The notes beneath the pieces were generated by a model. It was not told where the DNA came from. It saw only the letters and a program-made list of their open reading frames with translations, and did no database searches. Shown here piece after piece: positions 45,261-56,521 of a stretch of DNA of 64,000 nucleotides (its first letter is position 1; every line of letters begins with the position of its first letter). The stretch lies in contig CAZBPV010000003.1 in the NCBI GenBank assembly GCA_964493885.1, forward strand, positions 7,831 to 71,830, written 5' to 3'. Position numbers and translations under genes: made by a program. The DNA is from Candidatus Woesearchaeota archaeon. GTDB taxonomy: Archaea; Nanobdellota; Nanobdellia; Pacearchaeales; GW2011-AR1.

Positions 45261-47996
45261 ATGACAGAAGATAGCTTAATTAGCACAAAAATAAATTACA
45301 AGGAAAAATTTAAGCAAATATTTCATTTTTTCAAAAATAAAAAAGTTCAGTGGGCATTAACAATAATATTCTTTTTAATTGTATTAATAGCTAGCACTTC
45401 TATTAGAGTATCTAATTTAGATAATTTAATAGATTCAACAACTGGAAATTATAGTCTTGCAGATTTAGATGCCCAGTATTTCTATAGAATTGCTCAGACA
45501 GCTGTAGATAATAATGGACTTCCTGAAATAGATAACATGCATTATATTGGAGCAAATCCTCCTTCTGGTTGGCTTAAAGAACTTTTGCCTAAATTTATTA
45601 TTTTAGTATGGGATATAGTTAAAATATTTAATTCTAGTTTTTCTTTATTAGATGCAGCTGTTTATTCTCCTGTAATCCTTTATTCAATTGGATTAATATT
45701 ATTTTTTCTGCTTGCTTATTTTTTAACAAAATCAAAATTAGCTGCTTTAATTGCTACAACTCTTTTAGCATACTCTCCTCCGTACTTGCATAGGTCAGTA
45801 GCAGGATTTGCAGATCATGATATAATGGGTATGGGAGCTATATTTTTGTGTTTTTTAATTTATGCATTGGCACTAAAGAATTTTGAGAAGAATTGGAAAA
45901 ATACAGTAGTTTATGGTATATTAACTGGATTTGGAATGGCTTTAGTTATAAGCTGCTGGGGAGGGGGGGCAACATTTGTTATCTCGGCTATTCCTTTTGC
46001 TTTTTTCTTGTATTATTTATTAAATTCAGAGAGTAAATTAAAATCTCTTGCTTTCTTTTCTTCATTAATACTTGCTAGTGTTGTATTTACTGGAGTATTT
46101 GGATTAGGAATGTCAAGTATGTATCATAGATTTTTCTTATCTTATGGTTTAGTGGTTCCTTTTGTTTTAGGTTTTATAATTATTGATTATTTTATTGGAA
46201 GAGTTTTACCAAAGATAAAAGAAAGCAAATATATACAAAAAAAGTATGAAAAATTATATTCATTATTAATTACTATTTTAATTGGAGTTATTTCTCTTCC
46301 ATTTGTTGGGAAGAGTATTTTTGTGGTAATTAAAGAAATATGGTATAGACTTTTATTTCCGTTTGGTGTTGGAAGAATAGGATTGACAGTAGCTGAAAAT
46401 GCTCAGCCTTATCTTAATGACTGGGTTGGACAGACAGGGAAGATAATATTTTATTTATTTGTATTTGGAGCAATGATTTTAGGTTTTGAATTTGTAAAAA
46501 ATATAAAGAGCAAAAAATCTAAAATCTTTTTAGCATTATCTTGGATTTATCTTATTTTTGCTATATTATTTAGCAGAATCTCATCTACTAGCTTATTTAA
46601 TGGAGAAAGTTTACTTAGTCAGTTATTTTATTTATCTGGGATTTTATTATTTTTTGGTGTATTTTTTTGGGAGTATCTTAAGGAGAGATTTAGTGCAGAT
46701 TCAAATATAATCTTGCTTATTGCTATAATATTGTTATCTATTATGAATGGGAGAAGTGCAGTAAGAGTTTTCTTAATGATTACACCATTTGTTTGCATTT
46801 CTGTTGGTTATGCAATAAATAGACTGTATATTTACTCAAAGGAAGCTAAGGATGAGCTACTTAAAATTATTTTAATTATTATGCTTATAATATCTTTAAT
46901 TGCAGTAAGTTTTTCAGGATATCAGTATTATCAATCTACTTCTCAACAAGCAATGTATGTTGGAGCTGCTGCTAATTATCAGTGGCAAAATGCAATGGAC
47001 TGGGCGAGAGAGAATACAGGAGAAAGAGATATTTTTGTTCACTGGTGGGATTATGGTTATTTTGTCCAGACAATTGGAAAACGTCCAAGTGTAACAGATG
47101 GGGGGCACTATGTTGGGTATTGGGATCATTTAATTGGAAGATATCTTTTAACAACACCTTATCCAGAGACTGCAATGAGTTATATGAAAACTAATAATGT
47201 TTCTTATTTGTTAATTGACTCAACAGATATTGGGAAATATCCTGCATATAGTTCAATTGGAAGTGATGATAATCACGACAGGTATTCTGGAATTATTGCT
47301 ATGGTTTCAGACATAAAACAAATACAAGAGACTTCAGAAGGAGAAATAAGAGTCTTTCAAGGAACATTTGGGGTTGAAGAAGATACTCTTTATGAGATTA
47401 ATGGAACTGAAATTTTTCTTCCAGGGCCAACATATAATTTAATGAACAGGCCAGAGTATAAATCTTTTGTAATAGGAGTAATTCTTGATGTTATAAAAAA
47501 TAATAATACTTCTGGATTTAAACAGCCAGAAGGAGTTTTTATGTATAATGGAAAGCAGTACAGAATTCCCTTAAAATATCTAACATATCAAGGAAGAGTA
47601 ATGGAATTTGAATCAGGATTAGATGCAGGGATTAGCATAATTCCTAATATAATAGAAGGAGGAGTTAGTGGAGGCATTCAAGTAGATAATCTGGGGGCAT
47701 TGATTTACTTGTCTCCTAGAACCTTTAATAGCCTTGTAGGACAGGTTTATATCTTGGGAGATGGATTTGGACATTATCCTGGGCTTGAAATTGCTCATCG
47801 TGAAAGTAGCCAGGTAGTAAAAAGCCTTAAATCTCAAGGCATGAGTAGTATTGGGGAGTTTGTTTACTTTAGAGGGATACAAGGGCCACTAGATATTTGG
47901 AAAGTAAAATATAATGAAAGTGTTATTGTAAGAGAGGAATTCTTAAGCATGGATGGTGGTTGGGCAGAGTTTGATAATCTTAGTTTTGTAAAATAA
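45261..47996 (+). CDS. aglB: Oligosaccharyltransferase AglB (STT3)
   Basis: DLD, GFADHD, TVAE, WWDYG and DIGK motifs. Confidence 0.96.
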   Translation: MTEDSLISTKINYKEKFKQIFHFFKNKKVQWALTIIFFLIVLIASTSIRVSNLDNLIDSTTGNYSLADLDAQYFYRIAQTAVDNNGLPEIDNMHYIGANPPSGWLKELLPKFIILVWDIVKIFNSSFSLLDAAVYSPVILYSIGLILFFLLAYFLTKSKLAALIATTLLAYSPPYLHRSVAGFADHDIMGMGAIFLCFLIYALALKNFEKNWKNTVVYGILTGFGMALVISCWGGGATFVISAIPFAFFLYYLLNSESKLKSLAFFSSLILASVVFTGVFGLGMSSMYHRFFLSYGLVVPFVLGFIIIDYFIGRVLPKIKESKYIQKKYEKLYSLLITILIGVISLPFVGKSIFVVIKEIWYRLLFPFGVGRIGLTVAENAQPYLNDWVGQTGKIIFYLFVFGAMILGFEFVKNIKSKKSKIFLALSWIYLIFAILFSRISSTSLFNGESLLSQLFYLSGILLFFGVFFWEYLKERFSADSNIILLIAIILLSIMNGRSAVRVFLMITPFVCISVGYAINRLYIYSKEAKDELLKIILIIMLIISLIAVSFSGYQYYQSTSQQAMYVGAAANYQWQNAMDWARENTGERDIFVHWWDYGYFVQTIGKRPSVTDGGHYVGYWDHLIGRYLLTTPYPETAMSYMKTNNVSYLLIDSTDIGKYPAYSSIGSDDNHDRYSGIIAMVSDIKQIQETSEGEIRVFQGTFGVEEDTLYEINGTEIFLPGPTYNLMNRPEYKSFVIGVILDVIKNNNTSGFKQPEGVFMYNGKQYRIPLKYLTYQGRVMEFESGLDAGISIIPNIIEGGVSGGIQVDNLGALIYLSPRTFNSLVGQVYILGDGFGHYPGLEIAHRESSQVVKSLKSQGMSSIGEFVYFRGIQGPLDIWKVKYNESVIVREEFLSMDGGWAEFDNLSFVK

Positions 47997-48005
47997 AGAA
48001 ATCCA

Positions 48006-49118
48006 ATGGAATACAAAATAGCAATAATAATCGGAACACGAGCTGAACTTATTAAGACTTTTCCAGTTATGCTTGAATTACAAAAAAAGAAGATTCCTTA
48101 TTATTTTATTCATACAGGACAGCATAGTTTAGGAGATTTTTGCAAGATTTTTGGAGTAAAGAAGCCAGATACAATACTCAGTGAAGAGCCTAAAAAAAGT
48201 TCAAAGTTTAATGCTCAAAAAATAAAAGCAGGTTTTTGGAATATTGGAATAGTATTTAAGATAAAAAGAGAATTAAGGAAAATTAAAGGATTAAAATATG
48301 TGATGTATCATGGAGATACAATGACTACTGCTTCTGCTGCAATTGCTTCTTCAAAACTATTAAATCCATGGAAGAAATACAAAAATGTTCATCTTGAAGC
48401 TGGATTAAGAAGTGAAAATCTAAGAGAGCCATTTCCAGAAGAAATTGCAAGAAAAATTGCAGACAATTTTTCAGATATACTATTGACTGTTTCAGAAAGA
48501 AGCTGCAGAAATGTGAAAAAGTATGAAGGAAAGAAAAATATCTGCCTTGTTGGAAATACTATATTAGATGCTGCAGATATATCACTAAAAATAGCTAAGA
48601 AAAATAAAACAAAGCCATTATCAAAGGAAAGGTTTGCATTGATTACTGTTCACAGGCATGAGAATATAAATAATAAAAAAAGACTGGAGAGCATTGTAGA
48701 AATCCTAAAAGAAATAAGTATTCCTGCTTATTTTGCTCTTCATGATAATACAAAAAAGAAACTAATTAAGTTTAATCTTTACAATGAATTAAAAAAGAAT
48801 AAAAATATTCATCTAATTGAACCATTAGACTACATTAATTTTATTTATCAGATGAGCAAATGCTCCCTTGTTATCTGCGATGGAGGAAGCATGCAAGAAG
48901 AAAGCCTTATTTTCAAGAAGCCATGCATAATCTTGAGAAAAGCTACTGAAAGACAAGAAGGATTAGACACTAATTTTCAGTTTTTATCAAACCTCGAAAT
49001 TGAAAAGACAAAAGACAAAATAAAAGAGTACCTTAATCCAGATTTCAAAATAAAACCCTTCAAAAACCCGTATGGAAAAAAAGGAGTGAGCAAGAAGATT
49101 GTTGAGGTGCTGAGATGA
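48006..49118 (+). CDS. wecB: UDP-N-acetylglucosamine 2-epimerase
   Basis: GTRAELIK, HTGQH, HGDT, HLEAGLRS, TERQE, NPYG. Confidence 0.92.
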   Translation: MEYKIAIIIGTRAELIKTFPVMLELQKKKIPYYFIHTGQHSLGDFCKIFGVKKPDTILSEEPKKSSKFNAQKIKAGFWNIGIVFKIKRELRKIKGLKYVMYHGDTMTTASAAIASSKLLNPWKKYKNVHLEAGLRSENLREPFPEEIARKIADNFSDILLTVSERSCRNVKKYEGKKNICLVGNTILDAADISLKIAKKNKTKPLSKERFALITVHRHENINNKKRLESIVEILKEISIPAYFALHDNTKKKLIKFNLYNELKKNKNIHLIEPLDYINFIYQMSKCSLVICDGGSMQEESLIFKKPCIILRKATERQEGLDTNFQFLSNLEIEKTKDKIKEYLNPDFKIKPFKNPYGKKGVSKKIVEVLR

Positions 49119-49744
49119 AAAATGCTCTTGAAAAAAACAAAGAATATTCAGATAATTATGTCCAAAAAATAGAAGGATTAGAGATTCCAGAGTTAATTAA
49201 GAAGATTATAAAAGATTCTAAAAATATCCTAGATCTTGGTTGCGGATATGGACAAATTCTCCAAGCAATTAAAGAAGAGTACCCAAAAAAGAATCTTACT
49301 GGTGTTGAAATTTCACCTGTTAGAATAGACTTTCTGAATAAAAAAATTCCAAATTGTAAATTCTTATGCAAAGATGTCTGCGATACAAAACTAAAAGATA
49401 AGTCATTTGATTTAATTATTTCTACACAAGTTATAGAACATTTAGAAGATGATAAAGAATTAGTTAATGAGATGTTAAGATTATGCAAAAAAAAGGGTTA
49501 TATTTATGTGACAAGTGTAATAAAAAAACCATGGGCAATCTATAAATATAGGAACAAGGGAAAATTTGTTTTGGATCCAACTCATGAGAAAGAGTATAAA
49601 AATTCCAAAGAATTTTTAGACTTATTTAAAGATAAATTTAAGCTGATTCATGGAAAAGTATTTCCTGTTAAAAGAAAATTGTTCTCATTTAAATTAAAAA
49701 TACCCGGGTATTATATTATTGAGGGGTTATGGCAGAAAAAATAA
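49115..49744 (+). CDS. Class I SAM-dependent methyltransferase
   Basis: ILDLGCGYG, QVIEHL. Confidence 0.9.
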   Translation: MKNALEKNKEYSDNYVQKIEGLEIPELIKKIIKDSKNILDLGCGYGQILQAIKEEYPKKNLTGVEISPVRIDFLNKKIPNCKFLCKDVCDTKLKDKSFDLIISTQVIEHLEDDKELVNEMLRLCKKKGYIYVTSVIKKPWAIYKYRNKGKFVLDPTHEKEYKNSKEFLDLFKDKFKLIHGKVFPVKRKLFSFKLKIPGYYIIEGLWQKK

Positions 49745-50832
49745 AAGTCTATCTTCAATATCTATGGAGTTTTCCTGATTCTCCGTATTATAAGTATCTT
49801 ATAACCAATCCTCCAAAAGACATAGAATATCTTAATGTCCAGGCTCAAAAGGGGGCTATAACCTCGTCATTTAGGTTTGGATTAATGAATAAGCTGAAGA
49901 ATATGATAAGAAAGGCGCTTATGACAATAAAAATCCCAAATATTGTCAGAACAAAAAAGGGGGATTATAATTTGATTCATTGTGCTCATTGCCTTAGCTT
50001 GAATAAAAAGCCGTGGGTTGCAGATGTTGAACATTACTGGAATTTTGCATCAAGCGGAGAAATTGCATATTCTAATGCTGGCAGAGAAAGAATAAAGAAA
50101 ATGCTTAAAAGTCCTTATTGCAAAAGAGTTTTACCTTGGACAAATGCAGCAAAAGAGTCAATTATCAAGAATATGAATGACAAAGAAATAGAAAAAAAGA
50201 CTGAAGTAGTTTATCCTGCAATTCAATTGCCAAAGTTAAAATTAAATAAAAAGAAAAACAAAAAAATAACTTTGCTATTTGTTGGAAGATATTTCTATGG
50301 CAAAGGAGGCTTGCATGCACTTGAAGCCTTTGACAGATTAAGCAAGAAACATGACATTGAATGCATATTTGTTTCAGAAACTCCAAAGCAATTTATTGAC
50401 AAGTATTCAGGGAACAAAAGAATAAAATTCCATGGTTTAATGCCACAAAACCAGCTTTTTGAATTTTATTCAAAAGCAGATATTTTTGTATACCCGGGGT
50501 ATAGTGATACTTTTGGGTTTGCATTAATAGAAGTTATGAGTTTTGGGTTGCCAATAATAACTGTTGATGGTTTTGCAAGAAAAGAAATTGTTGAGGACAA
50601 AAAAACAGGGTTTGTCATAAACAAGAAAAAAGATATTGATTGCAATAAAATAGACGATGAAGGTAAAAGAATAATCAATGAAATTGTTGAAAAAACAGAA
50701 AAATTAATTAAAAATAAAAAACTGCTTCAGAAAATGAGCAAAAATGCAAGAAAAGAGATTGAATCTGGAAAATTTTCAATAAAAGAAAGAGATAAAAAAC
50801 TTGAAAAAATCTATCAAGAGGCAATAAAATGA
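49729..50832 (+). CDS. GT4 glycosyltransferase
   Basis: LFVGR...KG, DTFGFALIEVMSFGLPII. Confidence 0.92.
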   Translation: MAEKIKVYLQYLWSFPDSPYYKYLITNPPKDIEYLNVQAQKGAITSSFRFGLMNKLKNMIRKALMTIKIPNIVRTKKGDYNLIHCAHCLSLNKKPWVADVEHYWNFASSGEIAYSNAGRERIKKMLKSPYCKRVLPWTNAAKESIIKNMNDKEIEKKTEVVYPAIQLPKLKLNKKKNKKITLLFVGRYFYGKGGLHALEAFDRLSKKHDIECIFVSETPKQFIDKYSGNKRIKFHGLMPQNQLFEFYSKADIFVYPGYSDTFGFALIEVMSFGLPIITVDGFARKEIVEDKKTGFVINKKKDIDCNKIDDEGKRIINEIVEKTEKLIKNKKLLQKMSKNARKEIESGKFSIKERDKKLEKIYQEAIK

Positions 50833-51530
50833 AAAACTTAGCAAATGGGGAATACGGCGAAGAGGTTTGGGAAAGAAAAATAAATGCCCAAAATGAAGTT
50901 GGAGTAATATTTGGAGTTGTTGGCTCTATGAAGGAGATACATAAAGATACCTCCAAAGTAATGAACCTTTTTGACAAAGAAATAAAGCCAATAATAAAGA
51001 AGAACGCGAAAGTAATGGATTTAGGAATTGGGCCATTAGCAAGATTTTCAATAGAATTTGCACAAAGAGGATATAAGGTTACAGGAGTAGATATTTCTGA
51101 AACAACCTTGGAATACGCAAAAAAATATATTAATAAAGCAAATGTTAAAGTAAACCTTATAAAAGGAGATATAACAGAAATAGACAAAATAAGGGAGAAA
51201 TTTGATTTGGTTTTTTGCAATGCTACTTTTTATCATGTTCCTCCTCATCTTACTGGAATTTCCTTAATTAAGATAAATAATATATTAAATCCAAATGGGA
51301 GATTGTTTGTTGAATTTGGAATAGTTACTAAGATAAGTCTGAAAGATTGTATAAGACAACCTTTTTATTGGCTGGGGCATTATATTAAAAGATTATTTGG
51401 AAAAGGTTTTAGAGTTAATGTCAGCAGATTTACATCTAGGGAGATTAAAGAAATGGTGGAAAAAGCAGGATTTAAAATAGAAAGAAGATTTGGAGATGCT
51501 ACTTTTCTCTTGATTAAACAAAAAGAATAA
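50829..51530 (+). CDS. Class I SAM-dependent methyltransferase
   Basis: VMDLGIGP, GVDIS, FDLV, LNPNG. Confidence 0.88.
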   Translation: MKNLANGEYGEEVWERKINAQNEVGVIFGVVGSMKEIHKDTSKVMNLFDKEIKPIIKKNAKVMDLGIGPLARFSIEFAQRGYKVTGVDISETTLEYAKKYINKANVKVNLIKGDITEIDKIREKFDLVFCNATFYHVPPHLTGISLIKINNILNPNGRLFVEFGIVTKISLKDCIRQPFYWLGHYIKRLFGKGFRVNVSRFTSREIKEMVEKAGFKIERRFGDATFLLIKQKE

Positions 51531-51562
51531 GAATTTATAAACAACAAAAAAATTAAGATAAG

Positions 51563-52813
51563 ATGCAAAAGGCAATAGAAATAACAAAATGCAGGGCATG
51601 TGATTCTTCTAATCTAGTTCCTATAATCTCTTTGGGAAATCAGTGCGTAACAAATTTTATTGCATCTGAAGATGAAAAATGTGTAAGAGCTCCTTTAGAC
51701 TTAGTTCTTTGCAATCATTGCAAATTACTTCAATTAAAGCATAATGCCCCTCCTGAATCAATGTGGGATGAACAATATTGGTATAAATCTGGAATAAGCA
51801 TAACTATAAAGAATGATTTAAAAAATATTGTGGAAAATATTGAAAAAATGATTAAATTAGATAAAGGAGATAATATAATAGATATTGGCTGCAATGATGG
51901 AACTTTGCTTAGTTTTTATTCAAAACCAGTTCATCATATTGGATTTGACCCATCTAAAAATGTTGCTAGAGAAGCTACTGCAAAGGGATTTGATGTTGTC
52001 AACAATTTTTTTAATAAAGAGAATTATAAAGAGAAATTTGGAGAGAAAAAAGCAAAAGTTATCACTGCGATTTCTATGTTCTATGACTTAGAAAATCCTA
52101 ATCAATTTTTAAAAGATATTGTTGATATATTAGACAAAAAAGGTCTCTTTGTAATCCAACAAAATTATTTGCTTACTATGTTAAAATACAATGCGTTTGA
52201 TAATATTTGTCATGAACATAGAGAGTATTATTCTTTGCTTTCGTTAAAAAATATACTTGAAAAACATGGATTAGAGATATTTGACGTTGAATTAAATGAT
52301 ATAAATGGTGGAAGTATCAGGACTTATATTCGATTTAAGGGAGAAACTGCTTTAAAACCTAAAGAAGGAAGTGAGCAAAGAATAAAAGATTTGCTTGAAA
52401 AAGAAAGAGAAATGAAACTGGAAACCCTTGAACCTTATCAAGCATTTGCATCTAGAATAAAAGGGATTAAAGATAAACTGCTTTCATTTATTAAAGAAGA
52501 GAAGAAAAAAGGAAAGAAAATATGGATTTATGGGGCATCTACAAGGGGAAATGTAATATTACAATATTTTGGATTAAATGATAAATTAATTGATTATGCA
52601 GCTGATAAAAATACTGATAAATGGGGTAAAAAGACAATTGGAAGCTTAATCCCTATAACTTCTCCTGAAAATTTTAGAGAATCTAATCCTGACTATTTAT
52701 TGGTGATGGTATGGCATTTCTTTGATGAAATCAAAAAACAGGAAGCAGAATGGTTTAATGCTGGAGGAAAATTTATTATTCCTCTTCCAGAATTTAAAAT
52801 TGTTTCTTTATAA
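51563..52813 (+). CDS. NDP-sugar C-methyltransferase (Zn-binding, TylC3/TcaB9-like)
   Basis: CRAC...CNHC, DIGCNDG, FDNICHEH, YGASTRGN, FIIPLP. Confidence 0.88.
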   Translation: MQKAIEITKCRACDSSNLVPIISLGNQCVTNFIASEDEKCVRAPLDLVLCNHCKLLQLKHNAPPESMWDEQYWYKSGISITIKNDLKNIVENIEKMIKLDKGDNIIDIGCNDGTLLSFYSKPVHHIGFDPSKNVAREATAKGFDVVNNFFNKENYKEKFGEKKAKVITAISMFYDLENPNQFLKDIVDILDKKGLFVIQQNYLLTMLKYNAFDNICHEHREYYSLLSLKNILEKHGLEIFDVELNDINGGSIRTYIRFKGETALKPKEGSEQRIKDLLEKEREMKLETLEPYQAFASRIKGIKDKLLSFIKEEKKKGKKIWIYGASTRGNVILQYFGLNDKLIDYAADKNTDKWGKKTIGSLIPITSPENFRESNPDYLLVMVWHFFDEIKKQEAEWFNAGGKFIIPLPEFKIVSL

Positions 52814-53633
52814 TCTCTAATCCTTTACTAAAAGGGGTAAACCTTATTCCTAGATTTGTTATTTTATGTGTATCAAAAGTTGCATTTTTTGGTATTTTGA
52901 TAGAGATTTTTTGATTTTTTTCTATAGTTATTTTAGAGTTGCTTCTCACAAGAGACTCCATGGATTTTAATAGATTAATATGATTCATTCTTTCTGGTCC
53001 AGCGAGATGAAAAATACCTCTTTGATTTTTCTTTATTAGTTCATATAATATTCTTGGGACATCTTCTACAAACAAAGGCTGTCTTACTTGCAAAGAATTT
53101 CTTAATTTAATCTCATTTCCAGATAAAATTTGGTCAAATATTCCATTTCCCTCCCCTATCCCATTATAACCATACATGATGTCTACTCTTAAAATAATTG
53201 AATTTGGATTCTTGGAAATCTCCTTCTCAGCCATAATTTTTGTTCTAGCATACTCATTTATAGGTGTTGTTTTATCTTCTTCATTATAATTTCCCTTAAT
53301 ACCATCAAAAACATAAGAAGACGAGATAAATGTAAATATTGCTCCTATCTCCTTACAAACCTCTGAAATATTTTTTGCAGTGAGATAATTTAATTTTTCT
53401 GCAAGTTTAGGATTATTTTCACATTCAAAGGAGCTAGTTAAAGCAATTGTATCAATAACTAGATTAGGTCTTTCTTTCTTCAGAAAATTATCAACTGCTT
53501 TTTTATCAGTAGCATCTACTTTTATAACGCCCTCTTGAGAATTTATGTCTGCTCCTATTACTTCAGCCTTATTTTGAAAAAAATCCATAAATTTTTTTCC
53601 TAAAAATCCAGTTCCAAAAATAATTATCTTCAT
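52794..53633 (-). CDS. NDP-4-keto-sugar reductase (RmlD-like)
   Basis: GTGFLG, SSSYVFDG, YARTK. Confidence 0.88.
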   Translation of the reverse strand: MKIIIFGTGFLGKKFMDFFQNKAEVIGADINSQEGVIKVDATDKKAVDNFLKKERPNLVIDTIALTSSFECENNPKLAEKLNYLTAKNISEVCKEIGAIFTFISSSYVFDGIKGNYNEEDKTTPINEYARTKIMAEKEISKNPNSIILRVDIMYGYNGIGEGNGIFDQILSGNEIKLRNSLQVRQPLFVEDVPRILYELIKKNQRGIFHLAGPERMNHINLLKSMESLVRSNSKITIEKNQKISIKIPKNATFDTHKITNLGIRFTPFSKGLEIIKKQF

Positions 53634-54727
53634 TTTAAAGATTCATAGATTTTTTTATATTTTTTTGATAGAGGGGTTAATCCATATTCTTTCAAATATC
53701 TTTCGCATTCTTTCACCATTTTTTTATAATTTTTAGGTTTTATTGCTTCTTTAATAATCTTAGGGTACTCTTTATCATTCTTTGCTATTTTAATACATCC
53801 AAAATTATTGGATATTTCATTAAAGAATTTTATATTGCTTGCTATTACTGGCTTTTTAACAGCCATAGCGTGTGCAAAAATTCCACTTCCAATTCCGCCT
53901 CTATAAGGGAGGAGGACTAAATCTGATGCTGAAAAATATTCCCACCATAGAGGATTTTTATCAGTAATATCAAAAATATCAAATCTAACAAACTTAGAGA
54001 GATTATTTTTCTTTACATATTCTTGATTTTCAGTTAAATATTCAGTTGTTCTTTGTTTATTTCTATCATTAATTGGAGCAGGATTTGCAACAACAAGGAT
54101 TGTCTTTCCTATTTTATCTGCTTGCTTAATAATTATATCATGTCCATGGTCTGGAACTATACTTCCCATGAATAAATAAACATTTCCAGTTAGTTTGAAT
54201 TTTTTCTTTGCCTTTTCCTTTGAAATAGTTTTTACATCTTCTATAATTGCTTGAGGGAATATCTCTATTTTTCTTGGATTAACCCCATATTCCTTGACTA
54301 ATATCGCCTTGAAAAAATTAGCATGAACAATAATTTTATCTGAAGCATAGTTTATTACTCTATTCTGGACTCTATAAAGCATTTTTCTTAAGAATATTTT
54401 TAAAAATCCATCTTTAAATTTTTCTTTTTGAGATAAAATAGTATGCATAGTTGTAATAATCTTAGCTCTGCTCAGAAATAGAATAAAATAAAGAAAAAAG
54501 AAAGGAATCCCATATCCTCCTAAAAGATTATACTCGTGTTGAATATGTATTAAATCATACTTGCATAACTTCCCTATTTTTTTAAAAATTGACCAGGGAT
54601 TTCCTGCGATATAAGTCACATTATCTATATTAATTTCATTCTTTCTCATACTTTCTGTAAGAGTCGTGGAATATCCAGAAATTGCTTTTTCAGATTCCCT
54701 TGAAGGGAAAACCATTGCTGCTTTCAT
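53630..54727 (-). CDS. GT4 glycosyltransferase
   Basis: HIQHEY, TTMH, SDLVLLPY, KPVIAS. Confidence 0.88.
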   Translation of the reverse strand: MKAAMVFPSRESEKAISGYSTTLTESMRKNEINIDNVTYIAGNPWSIFKKIGKLCKYDLIHIQHEYNLLGGYGIPFFFLYFILFLSRAKIITTMHTILSQKEKFKDGFLKIFLRKMLYRVQNRVINYASDKIIVHANFFKAILVKEYGVNPRKIEIFPQAIIEDVKTISKEKAKKKFKLTGNVYLFMGSIVPDHGHDIIIKQADKIGKTILVVANPAPINDRNKQRTTEYLTENQEYVKKNNLSKFVRFDIFDITDKNPLWWEYFSASDLVLLPYRGGIGSGIFAHAMAVKKPVIASNIKFFNEISNNFGCIKIAKNDKEYPKIIKEAIKPKNYKKMVKECERYLKEYGLTPLSKKYKKIYESLK

Positions 54728-55689
54728 TTTTGTCTATTTTTCCAGTATTCTATTGTCCTTCTCAAACCTTCTTCAGGAGTAACTTTTTGCTCCCATCCAA
54801 GAATCTTTTTTGCCTTAGAAGAATCAAGAACAAGGTAGCTTTGGTCTGAAGTAATTGGTCTATTTGGATATCCTGGAGGATATTCTCCAAAATGAATCTT
54901 CTCAACAGGAAAACCAAGTACTTTAGCTATTTTTAATGTCCATTCTTTATTAGTATACCCCTTTCCTCCAGCAATATTAAAGACTTTTCCTTTTGCTTCT
55001 GGAGTTTTCATTGTAAGGAGATAAGAATTAACATGATCATCTACATACATATAATCTCTAATAGAGTCTGGAGCTCCAATATAAATTTCATTTCCTTTAA
55101 GCATCTCTGTTATAACATACTCTGTGAAAAAGCTCGGGTCATATTTTCTTCCGAAAGTGTTTGAATTTCTTAATACAACCCCGTTAAAGTCATATACTGT
55201 AAATAACATTCTCATATACATATCCATAGATGCTTTTGCAACTGCATAAGGGCTTGAGGGTTCTAATCTTAAATCTTCTACTGAAGGAACAGGTTCCTGA
55301 AAGCCATAGACTTCTGCTGTTGATGCTACAACTAATCTTACTTTTTGAGGGCCATATAAATCTCTTAATGATTCTGCTATATTTACTGTCCCTAAAAGGA
55401 TAGATTTTTGATAATCAAATGGATGTTCAAAACTCAATCTTACAGGAGAAAGTGCCGCAAGATGAATAACAACACTTGGGTTTACTTTTTTTATTGAGTT
55501 TCTAACTGAAAAATAGTCAGTAATATCACAAGTTATAATCTTTATTTTTCCTTCTAAATCTTCAAGAGCCTCATTGTTTCTTCCTACAACATGTCTAATC
55601 AAACCAAAAACTTCATGGCCTTCTTTAACTAATTTATGAGCTAATTCTGCTCCAATAAAACCTGTTATTCCTGTGATAAGGACTTTCAT
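54724..55689 (-). CDS. NAD-dependent NDP-sugar epimerase/dehydratase (GDP-sugar 4,6-dehydratase-like)
   Basis: GITGFIG, HLAA, STAEVYG, SPYAVAK, RDYMYV. Confidence 0.9.
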   Translation of the reverse strand: MKVLITGITGFIGAELAHKLVKEGHEVFGLIRHVVGRNNEALEDLEGKIKIITCDITDYFSVRNSIKKVNPSVVIHLAALSPVRLSFEHPFDYQKSILLGTVNIAESLRDLYGPQKVRLVVASTAEVYGFQEPVPSVEDLRLEPSSPYAVAKASMDMYMRMLFTVYDFNGVVLRNSNTFGRKYDPSFFTEYVITEMLKGNEIYIGAPDSIRDYMYVDDHVNSYLLTMKTPEAKGKVFNIAGGKGYTNKEWTLKIAKVLGFPVEKIHFGEYPPGYPNRPITSDQSYLVLDSSKAKKILGWEQKVTPEEGLRRTIEYWKNRQK

Positions 55690-55784
55690 AAACTCCAATA
55701 ATAGAACAGATTTATAAATTTATTGATAGCATAAAAGAACTAAAATATAGTTATATTTTTAAATGCCTCACTATTTTAAAATTC

Positions 55785-56495
55785 ATGAAATTAAAGACTG
55801 CAGTTATTATAGCTGGAGGGAAAGGAACTCGTTTAGGAGAAATAGCAAATGAAATTCCTAAACCAATGGTACTATTAAATAATAAACCTATTTTGGAGAG
55901 GATAATTCATTGGCTTAAAAATAATGGGGTGTCTAATATAGTTATAGGAGTTGCTTATAAAAAAGAGAAAATAAAAGAGTATTTTGGGGATGGTTCTAAA
56001 TTTGGGGTTAAGATTATATATACTGAACATGATGAAAATGGCGGAACAGAAGATGCATTTAAAACAGCTATAGAAAAATCAGGCATTCAAGATGAAAATT
56101 TCTATGCAATGAATGGGGACCAAATAACTGACTTACAACTTGAAGGGCTTACAAATTCACATATTGAGAGCAAGGCAATTGCAAGTGTTGTTACAATCAG
56201 ACTAAGAACAAATTTTGGAATAGTAAAAACAGATAGTGCAGGGTGGGTAACTGAATTTCAAGAGAAAAAAGTAGTTCCAGAGGTTATAATGAATTGCGGA
56301 ATTTATGTATTTAATAAAAAAATAAAAGAGTATCTGACTGGAGGAAACATTGAGTTAAATGCTTTTAAAAAATTAATTACTGAAAAGAAACTTCGTTCAT
56401 TTTTTTATGATGGAATGTGGACAAGCGTCAATGACCAAAAAGAACTAAAGGCTGCAGAAGAAATACTAAAAAAATATGATGGATTAATGGAATAA
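55785..56495 (+). CDS. Sugar-phosphate nucleotidyltransferase
   Basis: IAGGKGTRL, PKPM, NGD. Confidence 0.9.
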   Translation: MKLKTAVIIAGGKGTRLGEIANEIPKPMVLLNNKPILERIIHWLKNNGVSNIVIGVAYKKEKIKEYFGDGSKFGVKIIYTEHDENGGTEDAFKTAIEKSGIQDENFYAMNGDQITDLQLEGLTNSHIESKAIASVVTIRLRTNFGIVKTDSAGWVTEFQEKKVVPEVIMNCGIYVFNKKIKEYLTGGNIELNAFKKLITEKKLRSFFYDGMWTSVNDQKELKAAEEILKKYDGLME

Positions 56496-56521
56496 AGGAA
56501 ATTATTCTATTTTATATTAAA